Origin: a virus
Lineage: Duplodnaviria; Caudoviricetes
DNA: 64,000 bases
Direction: 5' to 3' (one strand)
Virus record (IMG/VR): IMGVR_UViG_3300033070_001518
Location: 1 to 64,000 of that record
A program made the translations under genes and the position numbers. Numbering within the stretch: position 1 is the stretch's first letter; every line of letters begins with the position of its first letter. Positions 56,016-63,910 of this stretch are shown here, one piece after another. The notes under the pieces are model-generated. The model saw only the letters and a list, made by a program, of their open reading frames with translations, searched no databases and was not told the origin of the DNA.

Positions 56016-56023
56016 TATATATA
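56016..56023 (-). promoter_or_regulatory. putative late promoter octamer
   Basis: TATATATA 4 nt before ATG 56011. Confidence 0.65.
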
Positions 56024-56087
56024 AAGAACAAATATACTTAAATACGTCAAAAAGACCAATCAATATTTTTTAGTATTGTTTTTGATA

Positions 56088-56095
56088 GATATATA
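56088..56095 (+). promoter_or_regulatory. putative late promoter octamer
   Basis: GATATATA 4 nt before ATG 56100. Confidence 0.55.
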
Positions 56096-56099
56096 ACGT

Positions 56100-56336
56100 A
56101 TGGGGTACAAGAAATCTTTAATTTCTATTATTAAATTTTTGGGCATTGATCTGAATGAGGTCGTTGTAGATATTCCATTGGAGGAAATAACATTCAATTC
56201 GATTGAGTGGATCAAGCCTAATAAAATTATTCTTCATAAAATAATTGATGACTTGGATGTGGAATATGATTTTGATGATTTTGAGGAATCAACGAAAATG
56301 GAAATTTATATTTTCTTTGTTAAAAATTATCTGTAG
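56100..56336 (+). CDS. hypothetical acidic protein
   Basis: 78-aa ORF behind a late octamer. Confidence 0.65.
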   Translation: MGYKKSLISIIKFLGIDLNEVVVDIPLEEITFNSIEWIKPNKIILHKIIDDLDVEYDFDDFEESTKMEIYIFFVKNYL

Positions 56337-56829
56337 AGAATCTTTCTCTCCTTTTCTTTTCCATATATGCTTTTAGATCATCGTAAGTAACCGCTCCGGG
56401 AGATTTTAATATCATGTTTGGATCAGCTTCCCTTTTAGTTTTTATTTCTTCTTCTTTGGACTTTTTAACTTTTTCTTCATTTTCCATTTCAATTTTCTTT
56501 AGTAGACTACCCAAAAAGAAATCAATTCCCTTTTCTTTTATAATTTGCCTGTCCAAATTAAATTTGAATTCTTCTTTGGTATAAAATACCATTATTTCAC
56601 TGTTTGATATGTAATGATCAGTATAAAAATTTATATCGCCAATTTTACCTTGCATATAAATTGGAGTTTTATATTTTTGATTATAGAAAAAGCTGAATTT
56701 ATCATCGTCATTTAAAACTCGTTCCCCAGACCTATCAATTTTTGTCGTCGATACTCCTAGTGTCATTTTAAAATATTTTGATTTCTTTATTTCTAAAATT
56801 GTATTTAATCCACAAACAATATTATACAT
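56320..56829 (-). CDS. hypothetical protein
   Basis: 169-aa ORF. Confidence 0.7.
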   Translation of the reverse strand: MYNIVCGLNTILEIKKSKYFKMTLGVSTTKIDRSGERVLNDDDKFSFFYNQKYKTPIYMQGKIGDINFYTDHYISNSEIMVFYTKEEFKFNLDRQIIKEKGIDFFLGSLLKKIEMENEEKVKKSKEEEIKTKREADPNMILKSPGAVTYDDLKAYMEKKRRERFSTDNF

Positions 56830-56903
56830 ATTCTATGTATTTTAATTTATCATTCTCAATATATAATTTAATGAAGTCTGATCTTATTTGAAAAATAGAT
56901 TTC

Positions 56904-57446
56904 TTATTCAGTTTCTATACCAAGATCTTCCTTCTTATCAAACTCGTCATCTAAATCAATTTTGAGAGATACTAGATAATCTTCATCAACACTATCTAGT
57001 TCAGTATTTCTTGTTATTTGCCCAATCAAGTCAAAATTTTCAAGGTCATATTTTTTGAATTTTATAAAGCATTTTTTGATATTTTTTGATTCTTTTTCCT
57101 CTTCCGGGACAGCTTCCTCTAATGGGATTGTTACGTATAGGTTATAGAGAAACTCATCATCTGAGAATTTGACTACTAAATTATCATATAGAGATGAGTA
57201 TTTGCTAATCTCTGAACTTTGAAGTTGTAATCCCAATTCCGAAAATGATATTTCTTTTTCAGATTTCTCCTGGTCTCGACCCTTTTTTAAGGCATCTGAC
57301 ATTGTGGATACTTCATCGCTATCAATCTCTCTTTCGAAAAATCCATCGATTTTTCTTTTTAGTTTTATAAGTTCCATTTTTATGTACTCCTCAGGAGTAT
57401 CAGACTGATTTTCCTTAATGAAATCAACAAATTTTTTAATTCCCAT
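56904..57446 (-). CDS. putative internal head protein
   Basis: MGIKKFVDFIKE; very acidic. Confidence 0.6.
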   Translation of the reverse strand: MGIKKFVDFIKENQSDTPEEYIKMELIKLKRKIDGFFEREIDSDEVSTMSDALKKGRDQEKSEKEISFSELGLQLQSSEISKYSSLYDNLVVKFSDDEFLYNLYVTIPLEEAVPEEEKESKNIKKCFIKFKKYDLENFDLIGQITRNTELDSVDEDYLVSLKIDLDDEFDKKEDLGIETE

Positions 57447-57451
57447 ATACT

Positions 57452-57459
57452 TATATATA
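57452..57459 (-). promoter_or_regulatory. putative late promoter octamer
   Basis: TATATATA 5 nt before ATG 57446. Confidence 0.65.
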
Positions 57460-57469
57460 AATTATAGAA

Positions 57470-57481
57470 TTTGTATATTTG
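57470..57481 (+). promoter_or_regulatory. Bacteroidota-type -7 promoter element
   Basis: TTTGTATATTTG 17 nt before ATG 57499. Confidence 0.55.
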
Positions 57482-57498
57482 AAAATCAAAATTAAACT

Positions 57499-57684
57499 AT
57501 GATCAAAATGGATGTTAAAAAGTTCTCTAAAATTAAAGAAGAGCTTAAAAAATTTAGAAAATCAATCTTCGGTAAAAAAGATAAATTGAACATATGTAGA
57601 AAATATAATGTGACTTCGGATGAGGTCAACATTGTAATTAAATATTTAGCTTATGAGCGAAAAAAAGAAAGAACACAACAGTAA
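57499..57684 (+). CDS. small basic hypothetical protein
   Basis: 61 aa, Lys-rich. Confidence 0.55.
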   Translation: MIKMDVKKFSKIKEELKKFRKSIFGKKDKLNICRKYNVTSDEVNIVIKYLAYERKKERTQQ

Positions 57685-57904
57685 TCGTTACTATTTTAAT
57701 CTCTGTAGAAATTGTATAGATCTCTTTGGTAAAAAAAGATTAGAAGATTCATTTGGTTATAAAATAGAATTAATTTACTATATGTTTGATATGGAGTGCT
57801 CTATTTGTGAGTCATATTTTATTTGTGGAATGGGAATAGTAAAACCTCAACTAGATATTATAAATCGAGAGATAAAAATTGATTTTCTTCAAAACTCTCT
57901 TTGA
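57653..57904 (+). CDS. hypothetical Cys-containing protein, C-terminal REIKIDFL tag
   Basis: CRNC and CSIC pairs suggest a Zn ribbon. Confidence 0.6.
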   Translation: MSEKKKEHNSNRYYFNLCRNCIDLFGKKRLEDSFGYKIELIYYMFDMECSICESYFICGMGIVKPQLDIINREIKIDFLQNSL

Positions 57905-57924
57905 TGCTATTAGATCAATTATAT

Positions 57925-57932
57925 TATATATA
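57925..57932 (+). promoter_or_regulatory. putative late promoter octamer
   Basis: TATATATA 5 nt before ATG 57938. Confidence 0.65.
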
Positions 57933-57937
57933 GTAAT

Positions 57938-58471
57938 ATGATCTTAAAATTTAAGGATTATGATGACCTAGAAGATGATATCATCAATAACTTTGATGAC
58001 TTAAAAACTGAGTTTATAACAATTATCAGATTAAAAGATATTATCTATGAAAAAAATAACAAGGTTTTATTTGATCGTGGTTGGTGGGAGGTAGTGAAAG
58101 ATCTTTTGGATAGAAAGAATATTACTTTTAAAGTAGATCCATATGATAATTGGCTTTCCGTAAAAGATCCTGAGGTTAGGAAAATATTAGATTTATCGAA
58201 AGATATAATTGGTGTTGCTATTGTTTATGGAAGAGCGGATATGTTTTCAGAATCTGATGACTTACTAAAACTTAGAGACGGAAAAATAACTGAAAAGTTG
58301 GTTAAGAGATTAGAAGTTTATGGATTATATCCTATACAAGACCCATCCAAATGGTTCTATAACTCATTGGGTAGTCCTAGATTCTATTTTCCTGAGAAGC
58401 AAGCAGGATTATTCCTATGTGGTGAAATTTGGTTATACAAAGATAATTCAGAGTCCAGTTATGGATCCTGA
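57938..58471 (+). CDS. putative internal head protein
   Basis: MILKFKDYDDLE; late octamer upstream. Confidence 0.55.
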   Translation: MILKFKDYDDLEDDIINNFDDLKTEFITIIRLKDIIYEKNNKVLFDRGWWEVVKDLLDRKNITFKVDPYDNWLSVKDPEVRKILDLSKDIIGVAIVYGRADMFSESDDLLKLRDGKITEKLVKRLEVYGLYPIQDPSKWFYNSLGSPRFYFPEKQAGLFLCGEIWLYKDNSESSYGS

Positions 58472-58864
58472 TACGTGTCCACTAGATCCTCTTTGAACAA
58501 GATCATCTATTTGGTGGTTAGATAACTTTGATACTTTCTCCATTACTATTTTAGATACTACCACTCCTCTATTAGATAATTTATCATATTTTGTACCATC
58601 TCTTTTCGATTGAAAATAGATTTGGGCTTCTAATATTCCAGCCCTTTCTTCGATAGACATTTTTGGCGATTTTAAATCCTCACACACTTGAAAGCAAGCT
58701 TTCCAGAAATCTTTTGTATAATCCGTAGACTGCTCCATTTGGTCTACTTTATGAATTTTATTAGAAAATGTGGGATTTGATATTAATAAGGAAAGGGATA
58801 ATAGTAGATTTTGTTTCCATCCCTCTTCAACTTTATGATAGTTATTAAATTTTTTCAATCTCAT
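58448..58864 (-). CDS. putative internal head protein with a hydrophobic segment after the propeptide
   Basis: MRLKKFNNYHKVEE-GWKQNLLLSLSLLIS. Confidence 0.55.
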   Translation of the reverse strand: MRLKKFNNYHKVEEGWKQNLLLSLSLLISNPTFSNKIHKVDQMEQSTDYTKDFWKACFQVCEDLKSPKMSIEERAGILEAQIYFQSKRDGTKYDKLSNRGVVVSKIVMEKVSKLSNHQIDDLVQRGSSGHVSGSITGL

Positions 58865-58869
58865 AAAGG

Positions 58870-58877
58870 TATATATT
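58870..58877 (-). promoter_or_regulatory. putative late promoter octamer
   Basis: AATATATA 5 nt before ATG 58864. Confidence 0.65.
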
Positions 58878-58879
58878 AA

Positions 58880-59392
58880 CTAGACGATAGAATCTATCTT
58901 TCTTCCACGTATTATTCTAGGATCATTTATGAGATAATAACTAATTATCCATTGTGGTTGTAAGGTTGATAGATCCACATATTTGCAGATATAGTAGACT
59001 GCCAAGTCCTCATTTCTTTCCGTAGACAGAAAATCTATCAATTTCTCATCTGAGTCAAATTTTATTGATTTACATTCGTGTGAAATAGTTGATATTCCAT
59101 TTCCTGAAAACGATAATAATGAGAATATTCTTGAAGTAGTAACGACTCTAATATTATTTATTAAATGTGGTAATAATTTTTCAAACCAAGTTTCTGGACT
59201 TATGGAAGTTATTGTAACACCACCTGATCCATCATGTATACTATTTGAGCTTATTTCTTTACAATTTAGATAAAGTTTGATAAATGGTATAATATCGTAA
59301 TCATTAACACAGTAAATATTTCTTTGTCCTTTATCATCCTTTAACTTATATATGTCACATATGTCATTTATTTGATCTATTATACTAGGCAT
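58880..59392 (-). CDS. hypothetical protein, C-terminal RGRKIDSIV tag
   Basis: 170-aa ORF at the end of the operon. Confidence 0.65.
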   Translation of the reverse strand: MPSIIDQINDICDIYKLKDDKGQRNIYCVNDYDIIPFIKLYLNCKEISSNSIHDGSGGVTITSISPETWFEKLLPHLINNIRVVTTSRIFSLLSFSGNGISTISHECKSIKFDSDEKLIDFLSTERNEDLAVYYICKYVDLSTLQPQWIISYYLINDPRIIRGRKIDSIV

Positions 59393-59808
59393 TATTTATC
59401 TATTTTTTCTACAATTATCCCTGATAATTTTAAAAAAACAACTCCGTCTAAATCTTTGTAATCTTCTTTATAAACAACTCTAGATATTCCAGAAGATAAG
59501 ATTTCTTTTGAACAATTTTTACACGGGGAATGTGTTAGATACATTGTTGATCCATCACATGAGTGCCCCCATTTAGCACACTTTAATATTGCATTTTGCT
59601 CCGCGTGTATAACAAACCAGTGCGTTTCCCCGTCTGCGTTTTCGCAGACATTGTCCATGCCGCTCGGGGATCCATTGTACCCGTCTGATATTATCATACC
59701 ATTTTTAACAATTAAGCAACCTACTTTTTTTCTCAAACAATGAGACAATTTTGCCCAACTAGAGGCCATTTCTAAATAGATCAGATCATATTTTAATTGT
59801 TTATCCAT
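59392..59808 (-). CDS. dCMP deaminase (ComEB-like)
   Basis: KVGCLIV, GYNGSP, HAEQNAI, SPCKNC. Confidence 0.92.
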   Translation of the reverse strand: MDKQLKYDLIYLEMASSWAKLSHCLRKKVGCLIVKNGMIISDGYNGSPSGMDNVCENADGETHWFVIHAEQNAILKCAKWGHSCDGSTMYLTHSPCKNCSKEILSSGISRVVYKEDYKDLDGVVFLKLSGIIVEKIDK

Positions 59809-60568
59809 GATCTATTGACCAACTTTTTGGTAGGAATTTTGGATTTGTATTTTCGATAAAGTGAATTCTCCAATTTTTGATAAATTGATCAATACTATTG
59901 ATTTTTTCAATTACCATTTCCCCGTGAGTTTTAGTACATATAATTGGAGGAGGTGTATTTTGAGATATCCACTTTTTCTTCAATTGATTTGATATTCGTT
60001 TAACTCCCAATTCCTCTTTTATTTCTTTTCTTATTTCCTCTTTCCTCTTATCAGGAATTTCTTCCTTATCCAAACAAAGAAATAATCCTTGTATTTTTTG
60101 TAATTTTTTATTGTTGATTAGGTCTCCATTTATTGGAACATTATAGATTTCTGATAATTTTTTTTTGTATTCAAAAGCTAGTTCCTCATATGTGAAATGA
60201 CAATCTAAACATACTGTTAGGACATCATGGAATCTATGTGATTTTATTTCTTCTGAGAAGTGAATTCTATAACATCTAGGTACAACATGATGCTTTGTTA
60301 GAAATTGATTCGTTCCACAGACAACACAAATATTTTGCATTTTCTCAAGTCCATAATCCAATCCATGACATCCCAATCCATTGGGATTGAATGTCAATCT
60401 AATAGAATAATCATCTATTTTTTCAGCTAAATTTCTACTTAAATACCAATTTATTTTTTTAATATTGGATCTAAACATTAGGATGTTATCTGGTGAATAC
60501 ACACTATAGTTTCCGTAAATTTTTCTATTTTTAATAGACTCTCTCAATTTGATCATAATTAAGTTCAA
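59801..60568 (-). CDS. HNH nuclease resembling the C-terminal domain of eukaryotic EXD2
   Basis: NWYL, IRLTFNP, NICVVCG, TKHHVVP, HDVLTVCLDCH, HG...WRIHF...PKFLPKSWSIDH. Confidence 0.7.
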   Translation of the reverse strand: MNLIMIKLRESIKNRKIYGNYSVYSPDNILMFRSNIKKINWYLSRNLAEKIDDYSIRLTFNPNGLGCHGLDYGLEKMQNICVVCGTNQFLTKHHVVPRCYRIHFSEEIKSHRFHDVLTVCLDCHFTYEELAFEYKKKLSEIYNVPINGDLINNKKLQKIQGLFLCLDKEEIPDKRKEEIRKEIKEELGVKRISNQLKKKWISQNTPPPIICTKTHGEMVIEKINSIDQFIKNWRIHFIENTNPKFLPKSWSIDHG

Positions 60569-61070
60569 TATTGGTCATTCTTCCAAACACAAGAACGCCA
60601 ATTCTAACTTTTTGCTTTTCTTCTAAAATTTCTTGTACTTTACCTTTAAATGTATCAAATGGTCCATCAATTATAACAACTTCGTCGTCTACGTGGAATG
60701 TGGTTAATTTTTCCACAACTTCTCTCTTCTCATCCTCTACTTTTAGCAAATTTCTGACCTCTTCTGATTTTATTGGGTGTATATCACCTGATTTACTTCT
60801 AACAAATCCAGTGGCTCCTTGGACACTTTTTAATATGTTATTTACTTCTCCGAGGGCGGATGTTTCGATAAAAACATATCCAGGATATATAGTTCTTTCT
60901 CTAAGAAACTTTTTTCCACTTTTTGAAGAAAGCACTTTTTCGACTGGTATTATTGTTCTACCAATTAAATTTGATATACCTGCTCGATTAACCTCTAGAT
61001 TCAATTTCTCTAAAACACTTTTTTCTTTGTTATTCTGTGTTCGTATTGCGTACCATTTCATATCTGACAT
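60531..61070 (-). CDS. nusG: NusG transcription factor
   Basis: KWYAIRT, IYPGYVFIE, KOW VIIDGPFDTFKGKV, VLVFGRMTNIEL. Confidence 0.92.
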   Translation of the reverse strand: MSDMKWYAIRTQNNKEKSVLEKLNLEVNRAGISNLIGRTIIPVEKVLSSKSGKKFLRERTIYPGYVFIETSALGEVNNILKSVQGATGFVRSKSGDIHPIKSEEVRNLLKVEDEKREVVEKLTTFHVDDEVVIIDGPFDTFKGKVQEILEEKQKVRIGVLVFGRMTNIELNYDQIERVY

Positions 61071-61071
61071 T

Positions 61072-61467
61072 TTAGGTTGATTTTTTATAAAATTTTAATT
61101 CTTCTTTAATTATTTCGGGGAAGTTATTAATTAAATATATTAAATCTTCACTTTTGTTTAGATTTAATTTTAACATAAGAAGTTCAAAATCTTTATCTAG
61201 TAATTGATTTGATTCTATTTTTTTGGACTTTGACCAAAACCACTTGGGATATGGTTTATCTAACATAAAATAATACCAAAGGTCTAGACCAATAGATTTA
61301 TTTATTAATTTATTATTAATAAGTTGAGCTTCTTTTGGATATTTTTTACTCATATATCTATTAAAGATAAAGAAATATTTGTCCTTCATCTCATCCGTTA
61401 CAAGATTCCATTTCTTTTTATCTTGAAACATAATTTTTGATATTGATAAGATATTATCTTCGATCAT
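61072..61467 (-). CDS. hypothetical protein, possibly T4 gp62-like clamp-loader small subunit
   Basis: FFIFNRYMS and PKWFWSK are loosely gp62-like; sits in a replication operon. Confidence 0.35.
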   Translation of the reverse strand: MIEDNILSISKIMFQDKKKWNLVTDEMKDKYFFIFNRYMSKKYPKEAQLINNKLINKSIGLDLWYYFMLDKPYPKWFWSKSKKIESNQLLDKDFELLMLKLNLNKSEDLIYLINNFPEIIKEELKFYKKST

Positions 61468-61646
61468 AATTTTATGAATCGTTGGGTATTCTCATTTATA
61501 GTTTCATTCCATACTGAAAGAGGTCTTGCATGTACAGATCCAAAACTTAAAGATCGATAAATAACTAGAACTTCCTTGGTTTCTGTATGACTACACAGGC
61601 TTATTTTCCAAGTTTCTTTTGGTAGTGGATAATTAATCATTTTCAA
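61464..61646 (-). CDS. DUF1653-like protein lacking the HYKG segment
   Basis: HTETKEVLVIYRSL.FGS..ARP...RF. Confidence 0.55.
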   Translation of the reverse strand: MKMINYPLPKETWKISLCSHTETKEVLVIYRSLSFGSVHARPLSVWNETINENTQRFIKL

Positions 61647-61887
61647 TTTTTGTTATTTTTTCATTTCTTTGTTTTCTGACCTCTTTTATTTCCCATTCTC
61701 TTTCATAATATATCTTATTAGCTAAATCTTGAATTTTAGTCAATGCGTTATCAGGACTAATTGATCCACCATATATTCCCTTCTTTATATCATCACATCT
61801 AATTGATGTTAATATTGATAGAGCAGCGAGAAGCATTTTACCTTCATCCGAGTTAGTATCAAAATTATTGAATGTTTTTTCGATCAT
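61633..61887 (-). CDS. hypothetical protein, C-terminal RNEKITKI tag
   Basis: 84-aa ORF in the operon. Confidence 0.6.
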   Translation of the reverse strand: MIEKTFNNFDTNSDEGKMLLAALSILTSIRCDDIKKGIYGGSISPDNALTKIQDLANKIYYEREWEIKEVRKQRNEKITKIEND

Positions 61888-62615
61888 TTTAATCTCTCTT
61901 TGGTTATTCTAATTGATTTTTCGTTTATATCACAACCTATGAAATTTCTTTCCAATTCTTTGCACAGAACAGCACTAGTTCCAGATCCTAAGAAGAAATC
62001 ACCAACTAGATCATTTTTGTCTGTGGATGTCTCTATTATCCTTTTTATCAATTCTTTTGGTTTTTGTGTTGAATAACCCGTTCTTTCCTTTTTATCATTT
62101 TGTCCTAAAATGTTTATTTGCCAAACATCTCCCATTATTTTACCCCTTGGATTGTAATACTTTTCTTTTTCATATCCTCGTGGTGCTGATAATGAATATG
62201 GTTCTCTAATATTGTCTTCGTTGAATTTAAATTTATCTGTTTTTGACCATCTAAGAATTGTATCATGTCTATTACTAAAATTGCCTTTTTTTCTAGGTGA
62301 TGAGTTGTAATACCATATTATTTCATTTCTAAAGTTATTATATCCAAAAATATCATCTCCGATACATCTAATCCAATGATTTATTCTCCAATCCATTTGG
62401 AGATATACAGATCCAGTTGGTTTAAGAATTCTTTTCATTTCGGAAATTCTAGGAACGTAGAAATCATAAATTAGATTCTTTATTGGTTTTAAATCTTTAA
62501 AGTCTGGGAAATTATTTCCTGTTCCATAAAGAATATCCCCATAAATAAGATCGAGAGAATCTGTCTTGATTGTCTTCATAAATAGAAGATTATCTTCACA
62601 TTTAATTTCAAACAT
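61884..62615 (-). CDS. N6/N4 DNA methyltransferase (beta class) with a DILY variant of DPPY
   Basis: DLIYGDILYG, YLQMDWR, NEIIW, TQKPKEL, DFFLGSGTS. Confidence 0.85.
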   Translation of the reverse strand: MFEIKCEDNLLFMKTIKTDSLDLIYGDILYGTGNNFPDFKDLKPIKNLIYDFYVPRISEMKRILKPTGSVYLQMDWRINHWIRCIGDDIFGYNNFRNEIIWYYNSSPRKKGNFSNRHDTILRWSKTDKFKFNEDNIREPYSLSAPRGYEKEKYYNPRGKIMGDVWQINILGQNDKKERTGYSTQKPKELIKRIIETSTDKNDLVGDFFLGSGTSAVLCKELERNFIGCDINEKSIRITKERLK

Positions 62616-62895
62616 TGAGTAAATTTAATTTCAATTCTCTAATTATTGGTTTTAATTCTTCCATAAATTTATCCTCTAAGTGAAATTCAACTCCATATAA
62701 AGATGGATTATATACATATTGTTTTTCTCCGGTTTCAAAATTCCCACCATCTAAAATTAGTATTCCACGATTTATTAGATTTTGTGATAAATTGAATGAT
62801 ATTTCAATTTTAGGACTTCTTGACCACCAAAGCATGGAATTGCCATCAAGTATTATTAGCTCCCTTCCCCGAAAAATTTTTTCTACTATTAACAT
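62608..62895 (-). CDS. hypothetical protein, C-terminal RELKLNLL tag
   Basis: 95-aa ORF in the operon. Confidence 0.6.
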   Translation of the reverse strand: MLIVEKIFRGRELIILDGNSMLWWSRSPKIEISFNLSQNLINRGILILDGGNFETGEKQYVYNPSLYGVEFHLEDKFMEELKPIIRELKLNLLNV

Positions 62896-63857
62896 CTAGA
62901 GAACTTATCGTTCATTGAATTTAAAATTTCACTTGGAAAATTATTGATTCGTAGATCTATTAATTTCATATTTCCATTAATGTTTGATACAATTTTACTA
63001 ATCATGGATTTTGATAGTTTTTTCTTTTCGCAAATTATATCTGCTATATTTTCATATAGATCTGGGTCATCTAGAGAAACTTCACCAAACTCATTTATAT
63101 ATGAATCATATATAGATTTGGCTCCTTTAGCTCCTATTCCTCTTACTCTGCCATTTTTAGTGACTCTATATACTGATTGAATATTATCACTTGAATCTCC
63201 TGAGACTATTTTTATGAATAGAGACTCCATTTTATTTATTATATGAGTATCGTATTTTGTTTCGAATTTCTTAAAAAGAGATAAGAATTCTGAATTATCA
63301 TTTAAATCAAAAATATCATTACTTGGTAATTTTTTAATCTTGTCGATAATCATTTGATAGTTGTTTGGTAAAAATATTTTCTGTTTATTAAACATCTCAT
63401 TAGACATGAAATTTATCCACATGTTATCTAGATCGAATGATATTAATTGTTTGATGTCATAATCATTTGATACGATCATGGTTGATTTTTTTTCCTCGTT
63501 AAGCTTTTGAACCAAAAAGGCGATCCAATCATCTCCTTCAATTCTAGGATATTCCAGAATTTTAATGCTAGAAAGTCTAGATTTAAATTTCTCATATGTG
63601 GAGTAGACAAATTTCCAATCAATATCTGAATCTTTTTTTCGATGTGTTTTATATTCCGTTAGTAGTTCTTTTCTCCAAGATCTCTCTTTAGAATCAGAAA
63701 CTAAATAAAAATCACTGAACGGATATATTTTTCTATAATTTAGTATTGAATTTTCTAGTGCTTGATCTAGTGCTCCATAAAGAAGATTATTTTTATGTAA
63801 AGTAAATACTAATTTTGATAAAATATAATTTCCATCGATTATACATGACAATAGCAT
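62889..63857 (-). CDS. rnh: T4 RNase H-like 5'-3' exonuclease (FEN family)
   Basis: IDGNY, SWRK...YKTHR, EGDDWI, SNDYDIKQL, GDSSDNI. Confidence 0.88.
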   Translation of the reverse strand: MLLSCIIDGNYILSKLVFTLHKNNLLYGALDQALENSILNYRKIYPFSDFYLVSDSKERSWRKELLTEYKTHRKKDSDIDWKFVYSTYEKFKSRLSSIKILEYPRIEGDDWIAFLVQKLNEEKKSTMIVSNDYDIKQLISFDLDNMWINFMSNEMFNKQKIFLPNNYQMIIDKIKKLPSNDIFDLNDNSEFLSLFKKFETKYDTHIINKMESLFIKIVSGDSSDNIQSVYRVTKNGRVRGIGAKGAKSIYDSYINEFGEVSLDDPDLYENIADIICEKKKLSKSMISKIVSNINGNMKLIDLRINNFPSEILNSMNDKFSRC

Positions 63858-63902
63858 TATGAATGTTATTTTTTATTTATATGGATAATGAAAGAAAAGT
63901 CT

Positions 63903-63910
63903 TATATATA
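63903..63910 (+). promoter_or_regulatory. putative late promoter octamer
   Basis: TATATATA 5 nt before ATG 63916. Confidence 0.6.

Noticed and set aside
60571-61080. 169-aa plus-strand ORF
   Set aside because: It is an antisense shadow of nusG. The same applies to most 60-125-aa overlapping ORFs in the track.
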